64,000 nucleotides of DNA from positions 63,171-127,170 of the IMG/VR virus record IMGVR_UViG_3300028833_000001. One strand, 5' to 3'. This document shows, piece after piece, positions 57,408-64,000 of the stretch. Source of the DNA: a virus (lineage: Duplodnaviria > Heunggongvirae > Uroviricota > Caudoviricetes). Position numbers and translations under genes: made by a program. Every line of letters starts with the position of its first letter. Position 1 is the stretch's first letter. The notes beneath the pieces are model-generated. The model saw nothing but the letters and a program-made list of their open reading frames with translations, was not told the DNA's origin and ran no database searches.

Positions 57408-57854
57408 CTATTCGGTTTTAGTGTTATAAATTCCTTCTGGAGCCTCCAATGCCAATTCTTTTTCTATTAAGCTACGGTAGTCAAAATAATGGACGTTAAG
57501 CCAATCGTATTTAGCATTATCACCAGACATTGCCGCCTTGAAATAGTCGCCACTTTTATTTAGTTCTTCTATTTCCGCATTTTGGTAATACTGAAACCAT
57601 TCATTGTGTTCCTCCTCCGTCATACTCGACATCGGACGGAGGTAAGGCACAAATTCAGTTATAGCGGTTAAACACCAACTGTCATTCTTGCATTGGATGA
57701 TGAAAATTTCATTATCGACATGTTCTTTACCAACAATAACACCTATTCCACTGTCGTAAGACAATACACCTTCCTCTTTTATTTTAACCTTAACTCCATA
57801 CGGAAGCCTCGCACAGAGGTCCACCAATAACAGTTCTTTTTCTTCTTTATTCAT
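57408..57854 (-). CDS. family A protein
   Basis: all three A anchors; ends GIYNTKTE. Confidence 0.85.
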   Translation of the reverse strand: MNKEEKELLLVDLCARLPYGVKVKIKEEGVLSYDSGIGVIVGKEHVDNEIFIIQCKNDSWCLTAITEFVPYLRPMSSMTEEEHNEWFQYYQNAEIEELNKSGDYFKAAMSGDNAKYDWLNVHYFDYRSLIEKELALEAPEGIYNTKTE

Positions 57855-58038
57855 ACCTATATGGTTTTATTGTATAATATTCATCCGCATAATCATACGG
57901 GTATCTTTTCATTTCTTCGCATTTTTTATGCAACGCAAATTTTGCTGCATTGTGTGATGGAAACGATTCAACAAACACCCAGTTGCAATACATGGCCCAA
58001 GGTTTCGGTTTGTACAGTTTCTCTTTTTTATTACTCAT
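57847..58038 (-). CDS. hypothetical protein
   Basis: 63-aa coupled ORF. Confidence 0.55.
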   Translation of the reverse strand: MSNKKEKLYKPKPWAMYCNWVFVESFPSHNAAKFALHKKCEEMKRYPYDYADEYYTIKPYRYE

Positions 58039-58238
58039 TCCTCGCCTCCTTCCTTTTGTTCGAAAATTATATGTTTAGCGGCTTCTGTGACAAGTTTCTT
58101 TGCACGAATCAAAAGTCTTCTTACATTTTCATCGCCCATGGCACCCTTCCTGTACGGTTCAACTGCTCCTCTTGTGTCAGATAAAGAGGTCTTGTAGGGG
58201 ATTCCATATCGACAGGTAACTTCTTTAGTCTTGGTCAT
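58035..58238 (-). CDS. hypothetical protein ending EGGEE
   Basis: ATGA-coupled on both sides. Confidence 0.55.
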   Translation of the reverse strand: MTKTKEVTCRYGIPYKTSLSDTRGAVEPYRKGAMGDENVRRLLIRAKKLVTEAAKHIIFEQKEGGEE

Positions 58239-58609
58239 TTGTCATAGTCGTAATTAGATGTTTTACCATTAAATTCAAATGAAATAATTTCATGTTCTTT
58301 CGGGTCAATTTGTTTTTCTTTCTTAACTGATTTCCAGGAAGACCCCTTATCCCTGTATACCCCATCGGTTTCATTGATAAAAGGAACCATAGTATCGCAT
58401 ATATGGTCCATAACATCTCCCAAAGTCCAAGTTTCACCAAAACTACGATATTTGCGATATATCATTTTAACTATATCGTAAATTTTCTCCATAGTCCATT
58501 TTTCGGAGTCGAAATAAAGATGACTCTTGCTGGTGTTCCATTCCTCGCGGTTAGACAAGCAAAGACCGTTGTCACCGCTGTAACTGTACATATAGCTAAT
58601 AAGTTTCAT
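58235..58609 (-). CDS. hypothetical protein
   Basis: 124-aa ORF. Confidence 0.55.
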   Translation of the reverse strand: MKLISYMYSYSGDNGLCLSNREEWNTSKSHLYFDSEKWTMEKIYDIVKMIYRKYRSFGETWTLGDVMDHICDTMVPFINETDGVYRDKGSSWKSVKKEKQIDPKEHEIISFEFNGKTSNYDYDK

Positions 58610-58629
58610 AAATTAATTTTTATAATATT

Positions 58630-59073
58630 TCATTTAATTTCATACAATCCTTCGGGTGCTTCTAGAGCAAGACCTATCTCAATCATTGTTTTACCATTGC
58701 CATCAGTTCTCCAATCAAAATGTTTTGAATCTAACCATTCTACATATCGATTCATATACAATATAAAATTATCACTCTTTGCGTCCTTCCGATACCATCT
58801 TGACTCTTGTTTTTCTTCTTTAGTCATCGAGGCCATCGGTCGGAGGTATGGCTTGATATTTTCAATCGGATAGAACACGTTGTTCACGAATCCTGAATGA
58901 AGTGGCACTCCTTCATAGTAGTTACTGATGACACCATGGCAGTTGCCAACATATTTTAGCACGCCATTTTTTGTTTCACCACCTCCCAAACCGCTCACAC
59001 ATTTGCATCTCACCTTATATGGCAACATTGCACAAAGGACTTTAAGCAATAATTCTTTTTCTTCGTTTTTCAT
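58630..59073 (-). CDS. family A protein
   Basis: shares its first variable segment with 44184..44804. Confidence 0.85.
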   Translation of the reverse strand: MKNEEKELLLKVLCAMLPYKVRCKCVSGLGGGETKNGVLKYVGNCHGVISNYYEGVPLHSGFVNNVFYPIENIKPYLRPMASMTKEEKQESRWYRKDAKSDNFILYMNRYVEWLDSKHFDWRTDGNGKTMIEIGLALEAPEGLYEIK

Positions 59074-59075
59074 TT

Positions 59076-59225
59076 CTATACGCCTTTTTTTTGATTTACA
59101 TAATTAACTATATCACAAATCTGGTCTAAGTTGAGAGAATAATATGTTTTATCATCCCACCATGCTTTATTTCCACATATTTCGTGCTCCATCAACCATT
59201 TAACGATTAAGTCTTTTATGTTCAT
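59076..59225 (-). CDS. small hypothetical protein (below track cutoff)
   Basis: 49-aa ORF MNIKDLIVKWLMEHE..., ATGA-coupled. Confidence 0.5.
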   Translation of the reverse strand: MNIKDLIVKWLMEHEICGNKAWWDDKTYYSLNLDQICDIVNYVNQKKGV

Positions 59226-59530
59226 TCCTCGCCCCCTTCCATTGCTTTTTTGAAGCTTTTTAAAGATTTTTCAACGTCAACAAGCCCATCGTAATCAGGA
59301 TTAAGTGTTGAAAGCAGACTGTTGAATTGTAAAAGTTCATCACGATATAATTTGCACGCCTTCTCAATCATTGTCTTGTCAGCATATTTTGCCCCTTCAA
59401 CAAAACCTTCGATAGATGCTTTGACATCTGTTTCATCATAAAAGTTATTCGAGCCATCATAAGGCACTCGAAACCCGTGTTTGTCGGCATATATATCCGC
59501 CTTGTTTTTTATTTCTTCTTTTCTTGTCAT
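59222..59530 (-). CDS. family C protein
   Basis: FVEGAKYADKTMIEKAC...FKKAMEGGEE. Confidence 0.75.
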   Translation of the reverse strand: MTRKEEIKNKADIYADKHGFRVPYDGSNNFYDETDVKASIEGFVEGAKYADKTMIEKACKLYRDELLQFNSLLSTLNPDYDGLVDVEKSLKSFKKAMEGGEE

Positions 59531-60133
59531 TTAGCCTATTGTTTGTTCATTTTTAAATTTATTTGATAACGTAAAAATAACGTCAATGAATTTTTTGGTT
59601 TTGTTTTCCTCTGTAAGTTCTTCCATTTTTTCTTTTGGAATGAAACATTTTTCTGGAAGGAAATTGCATTCAGTCAACACTTTCTTTGTGTTTTCGTCAT
59701 TACAGCCAAGTGTGTGAATAACCCCAAAGTCAATAAGGTTTGATAAATCATTGGATAAAGCCGTTGAAATCATTTTAGGAAAATCTACGGGTGTATTGAC
59801 TTTCTGTAAAGATACATTTCTTAAATATAGTTTTTCATATAGGTTGTATAATCGCTGTTCCTCACATAAAGGTTCGAACCCTTCATACAACGCTCTCACT
59901 TCATCACCAGCTTGGAACACATAGTATAAAACCTTCATTGTATCAAAATCCAGTCGTTTTTTAAACAAATCCTTAATTAAATTACGAAAGTTTATTTTGA
60001 TGTTTTCACCGTGGTCGGTAATGTCGTAATATTTTTTAGGTAAATACATAGACCAGAAATTTATGTCGAAACGCATTCCGTTTATTGCGTCTTCAAACAA
60101 TTTCACTTCGTCAAATCCTTCGAATCCTTCCAT
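59531..60133 (-). CDS. hypothetical protein
   Basis: start at MEGFEGF preferred. Confidence 0.55.
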   Translation of the reverse strand: MEGFEGFDEVKLFEDAINGMRFDINFWSMYLPKKYYDITDHGENIKINFRNLIKDLFKKRLDFDTMKVLYYVFQAGDEVRALYEGFEPLCEEQRLYNLYEKLYLRNVSLQKVNTPVDFPKMISTALSNDLSNLIDFGVIHTLGCNDENTKKVLTECNFLPEKCFIPKEKMEELTEENKTKKFIDVIFTLSNKFKNEQTIG

Positions 60134-60134
60134 A

Positions 60135-60539
60135 TTATTCGTTTTCGTATATTTTATAGCTCCAAGTATATTCTGGCTCGTGTACTTCACCAGTTTCAAT
60201 ATTAATTGTATGGCCTAAACTCATTCCTATAACTAACGGAAAAGGTGGATAAAACAACTGTAAATTTGATTTTGGCTCAACTCTCCATTGATGTTCTTCA
60301 TATCTGTCAAACTCGTGGTCCCTGAACGCATTTCTGTTTATTCTTATGGCATACGAATCTTCATTGAATTTTCTCACATCAACAAGAACAGCCAATGTTT
60401 CAACGTTAATATCTCCAGATTCAAAATCAACTTTCTTTAAAAACTGACAAGTCCATATTGCTGGTGTCATTTTATCTGGAGATTCATCAATATGTAAATC
60501 TAAATCACGAAAATAATAATCACGCAAAAAATCAACCAT
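60135..60539 (-). CDS. hypothetical protein
   Basis: 134-aa ORF. Confidence 0.55.
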   Translation of the reverse strand: MVDFLRDYYFRDLDLHIDESPDKMTPAIWTCQFLKKVDFESGDINVETLAVLVDVRKFNEDSYAIRINRNAFRDHEFDRYEEHQWRVEPKSNLQLFYPPFPLVIGMSLGHTINIETGEVHEPEYTWSYKIYENE

Positions 60540-60547
60540 ATACAGGC

Positions 60548-61111
60548 TTATAAGACCCCTTTACACTCAATAATTTTATTCTTGATATCTGATATGATTT
60601 CATCAATCAATACTGGCTTGCATCCATGAGCATCCATACCAACATGATACATGTAAGGAATATCATTATAGAATTTTTCCTTTGAATGTGTGTGTCCGAA
60701 TAAATTAAGAACGCATTGCTTCATTGACTCTTTCTCCAAATTCGATGTATAGCAAGGATAATGGGTCATGAAAAAACGATATCCGTCATATTTTAGCATT
60801 TCGGCATAAGACACCGCTGAAACCTGTGGAAGCCTAATGTATTTGGAAATCCTATTGTCAGTATCGTGGTTGCCCAAAATAATCCACATTTTTCCGTTCA
60901 AGCTTTTCAACATTTCAACACCCTTTTCAGTCCCAGCATCTCCACCAAGAACCAGGTCCCCAAGAATGTATACCGTATCGTCTGGCGCCACAGTTTCATT
61001 CCACGTCTTCACGATGAATTCGTTCATTTCATCAACATTGTCAAACCCACGCGGGCGATAAACAAACTCCCTGTCATGGCATAAATGCAAATCTGAAGTT
61101 ACATAAATCAT
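60548..61111 (-). CDS. calcineurin-like metallophosphoesterase
   Basis: SDLH, GD, GNHD, THYP, GHTH motifs. Confidence 0.9.
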   Translation of the reverse strand: MIYVTSDLHLCHDREFVYRPRGFDNVDEMNEFIVKTWNETVAPDDTVYILGDLVLGGDAGTEKGVEMLKSLNGKMWIILGNHDTDNRISKYIRLPQVSAVSYAEMLKYDGYRFFMTHYPCYTSNLEKESMKQCVLNLFGHTHSKEKFYNDIPYMYHVGMDAHGCKPVLIDEIISDIKNKIIECKGVL

Positions 61112-61166
61112 ATATTCCTGTTTTTAATTCTAATCAATAAAAAAATTGTATAATAAATCTAAACCT

Positions 61167-61195
61167 ATTATACAATTTTAATTCTTAAACAACAA
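61167..61195 (-). promoter_or_regulatory. sigma70-like promoter with overlapping inverted repeat
   Basis: TTGTTG-17-TATAAT; 14-bp perfect inverted repeat at 61142-61155 and 61166-61179. Confidence 0.6.
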
Positions 61196-61210
61196 AAATA
61201 AAGATTGAAT

Positions 61211-63121
61211 TTATTCTATTTTCCCGATTATCTTATTCTCAAAATAAACATTTCCGTTTGGGTCAATCTCGCTTGTCACCTTTTCGCCTAAATTCGCGTC
61301 GTAATAAATAACCCTTGCCCTTTGATACCCTTGATATATTGTACTGAAAGGACGGATAATTTCGTCAAACCACGTACGGAAAAGAGGCTTGCCAGTATCA
61401 TTATCGATAAAATTAAACTTTCCGTTCTTGTTCACTGTGCTTAAGTTTAAAGAAATTGACAATTTAATTCCATCGTACCACTGGTCACAAACCAAATCGC
61501 CTTCACTGTTGATTATATTCCAGCCCAATCCGTGGTCAAACACGCGAGCCACACCTTTAGAATTAAAATTACTGACAACATCGTACCATTTCTTAGATAA
61601 AGTTGTGCCGTCTTTTTTTAGGTAGTTCATTTTGCTGTTTTTGACCGCTATCGCCAGATTATATGGGCCATCAAAATTGGTAACGTGGTCATACCATGTG
61701 TTAAACACAAAATTACAATTTTTATCAATTAAATTAAAACCATAATATGTTGAAACTTTGGCATATCCATTATCTTCAAAGTCTTCCGCCGTTTCAAACC
61801 ATTCATCAAACATAAGTTCATTGTTTTCTGATAAATAATTATATTTGTTTCCAACCAATACCACAGTATATCCACATTTTTCATAATGCATCTCGTCGAA
61901 AATATCAGTCGGGTCAAAATATTTTCCAGAACTAAGAACCTTTTTTATGTTTTCAATTCTTGATTTCCAATTGTTATTTGGTTTGAAAACCGTATAAAAG
62001 TTTCTGCCAATGAGTTTGCTAATATCCATAACAGACAAAATATTTTCACTCCCACCATTGTCGTGATTCCATCTGCATGTACTGCTCGCCATAAACCCTT
62101 CACCATCAACACATACGGCAATCATAGAAAGGCCATAGTCGTCAAGCGGACAATTCTTACCAGCAATCTTATTGCAATCCATAAAATCATCCCTAAGACA
62201 AAAATAAAACTGATTCAAACCATCAGCTGTATAGTAGTCAAACATGTCTTCATCATGTGTTATGCACCAATCAGTATATTTGGAATATTTTCGTGCGGAA
62301 TTGAACGATTTTATTCTTATAACTTTGTAATTGGATGTCCTATCAAACTTCACCCCATTTAATTCTGCCATTTCATCATTCATGCTTTTTTTAGCCTCGT
62401 CTTTTACAATATACAATAAACTTGGTAATGACAAACCATTGAGATTCCTGTCAAACTCGTTTATTCGTTCATCAGAAGATATTATCTTCAATGCACGATT
62501 CAACCTTGTTCCAGCTTCTGGCCCCCAAAGCCAATGTTCTAAATATAGCCTGGTAACACCTAATATGAATTTTGACGCAGCATCTGTCCTTAGAATCGGA
62601 CATGTGTTTCTGATATTTACCCTCACAAACTGTTCGGCATCTTCATGGGTGCGGCCTTCCTTATCCATAATAAGCTTTATCGCGGCAGATATTGATTTCG
62701 ATGTCTGGTCCTCATTCAACAGCCTCTTAACACACTCACCCACCATTGACCTTATGTCTCCGCCGCATATACCAATGGCGACAGACTCTTTTATGGTTTC
62801 ATCCCCTCCAATAATCTTGAACCTGTCCTTATATCTCATAACCTTCCTTAGAATATCATTGGCACTTAAATTATTGTTGCTATAACTCTTAACCATCCTG
62901 CCAGACAAATCATTGTATATGGAAAGCCTGTACTTCGTTTCGTCATAAACATCAGTTGAATTATAATTGAACGATATTTTGAACAACACATCGGTCCCGT
63001 CATCCAATGGAATGTTAATTAAATGATATGGGTTTCTCTCATCAACCCCATATCTCTCATAAGCAAAATAATCGACATTGTTGTCCGACAAATATTTCTC
63101 TATAACTTTGTGCGCAAGCAT
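61211..63121 (-). CDS. family E protein with WG/KWG-like repeats
   Basis: WCIT...DDYGLS...CRWNHDNGG; C-terminal N(F/Y)ID.NG...F..W(F/Y)D repeats. Confidence 0.7.
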   Translation of the reverse strand: MLAHKVIEKYLSDNNVDYFAYERYGVDERNPYHLINIPLDDGTDVLFKISFNYNSTDVYDETKYRLSIYNDLSGRMVKSYSNNNLSANDILRKVMRYKDRFKIIGGDETIKESVAIGICGGDIRSMVGECVKRLLNEDQTSKSISAAIKLIMDKEGRTHEDAEQFVRVNIRNTCPILRTDAASKFILGVTRLYLEHWLWGPEAGTRLNRALKIISSDERINEFDRNLNGLSLPSLLYIVKDEAKKSMNDEMAELNGVKFDRTSNYKVIRIKSFNSARKYSKYTDWCITHDEDMFDYYTADGLNQFYFCLRDDFMDCNKIAGKNCPLDDYGLSMIAVCVDGEGFMASSTCRWNHDNGGSENILSVMDISKLIGRNFYTVFKPNNNWKSRIENIKKVLSSGKYFDPTDIFDEMHYEKCGYTVVLVGNKYNYLSENNELMFDEWFETAEDFEDNGYAKVSTYYGFNLIDKNCNFVFNTWYDHVTNFDGPYNLAIAVKNSKMNYLKKDGTTLSKKWYDVVSNFNSKGVARVFDHGLGWNIINSEGDLVCDQWYDGIKLSISLNLSTVNKNGKFNFIDNDTGKPLFRTWFDEIIRPFSTIYQGYQRARVIYYDANLGEKVTSEIDPNGNVYFENKIIGKIE

Positions 63122-63145
63122 ATAATTTTCAACAATTATAAATTA

Positions 63146-64000
63146 TTATTTGTTAAGTTTTTCCCGTCCCAAGATTTCACCGTCTGAATTGAATATCAAT
63201 GAATATTCGTCACCAGTTGCGTCATCTACATAAATACCAACACATTTACCGTTGCTCGTAAAGCCTGTTGACCTTACAAACCATTTATCGACTATCATAT
63301 TTCCATCAAAATCAACAAATGTTATGTAATTAAGGTTATCATCACCAAGTTTGTATATCTGATATAGATTAGGTTTACTGATTTGTATAATTGAATACAC
63401 CCATTCTTTTAATATGAAATTACCGTTGGTGTCAATAAGGTTATAACCCTTTCCGTCAATGTAAACCTTAGCGCGCTCTGTTTTCGTGGAAAAATCATAC
63501 ACCATATCAAACCACGTTTTGCACAATATGGTTTCGTCAACTCTCAAATAATTGTATTTTGAATTCATTTCAACAGCAGACAGCCCGCATCTTAACGGTG
63601 ATAACTGGTCATACCAAGTTTTAAACAAATACTTACCGTCTTCACCTATTAAATTGTCACCGTATTTTGTGGTCACAACCGCATAACCTTCACAAAATTC
63701 ACTGACATCATCAAACCATTCATCTGACAGTATTCTTCTGTCCGCCGAAATAAAATTGGCCTTGTCTTTATAATAAACTAACGACCATTTTTTTGTAGGA
63801 TAGTCCGCACCAATAAAATCAAAAATTTTTCCAAGCGGAACACCTTCGGCAAGTTTTTTCTTCATATCTTCAATGGCATAATTCCAATTGTTGTTAGGTT
63901 TGAATACATTGTAGAAGTTCCTTCCTATAACATTGCTTATCTCACCTGTGTTCATAACACTATCGTTTCCTCCATTGTCATGATTCCATCTGCAAGTGCA
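63146..64000 (-). CDS. family E protein, 5'-truncated by the window edge
   Basis: the frame stays open to 64000 and reads CTCRWNHDNGGNDSVMNTGEIS...FKPNNNW, aligning with 61211..63121. Confidence 0.75.
   Translation of the reverse strand, partial: CTCRWNHDNGGNDSVMNTGEISNVIGRNFYNVFKPNNNWNYAIEDMKKKLAEGVPLGKIFDFIGADYPTKKWSLVYYKDKANFISADRRILSDEWFDDVSEFCEGYAVVTTKYGDNLIGEDGKYLFKTWYDQLSPLRCGLSAVEMNSKYNYLRVDETILCKTWFDMVYDFSTKTERAKVYIDGKGYNLIDTNGNFILKEWVYSIIQISKPNLYQIYKLGDDNLNYITFVDFDGNMIVDKWFVRSTGFTSNGKCVGIYVDDATGDEYSLIFNSDGEILGREKLNK

Noticed and set aside
42146-59073. Integron with attC sites or a shufflon with site-specific inversion
   Set aside because: No integrase or invertase is present, there are no intergenic attC-like palindromes, and all members of this array are co-oriented.
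1-64000. TAG-to-Gln recoding as in Lak or crAss-like phages, suggested by some TAG stops being in frame with the next gene (8554, 28200) or with a coupled TGA (8935)
   Set aside because: ORFs over 1000 aa are uninterrupted in the standard code. TAG falls where paralogs have TAA: the LamG genes end EY-TAG versus EY-TAA, and A-type tails end TKTE-TAG versus TKTE-TAA.

Overview
This is a 64 kb piece of a large, AT-rich dsDNA phage genome, probably jumbo-class, read in the standard genetic code. The host is inferred to be Bacteroidota, from a DUF4376 protein, a Bacteroidota-type XRE protein, lipoproteins and mostly SD-less AT-rich starts. I found no rRNA, tRNA, CRISPR array, integrase or reverse transcriptase. 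Layout: (1) 3.2-20.2 kb is a + strand arm of small accessory genes (HNH, macro-like/SLOG fusion, Trp-repeat protein, lipoproteins, NUDIX, CCA-adding enzyme). (2) 20.2-38.4 kb is a - strand tail-fibre/receptor-binding module (DUF4376, two hypervariable 26-aa LRR proteins, three paralogous LamG proteins, three fibre-like proteins). (3) 38.6-61.1 kb is a - strand hyperplastic array dominated by expanded small-gene families: family A has 14 intact copies in the window plus 3 remnants, family B has 7 copies, family C/D has about 6. Each family is built from short conserved anchors flanking variable segments. (4) A family of WCIT/RWNH proteins sits at both ends of the window. The most striking signal is that family A termini appear to act as recombination landing pads. 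A cargo gene is duplicated with its boundaries inside A termini, variable segments are reassorted between paralogs, and orphan A termini are left behind as scars. All protein function calls come from motif recognition by eye; no database searches were run.
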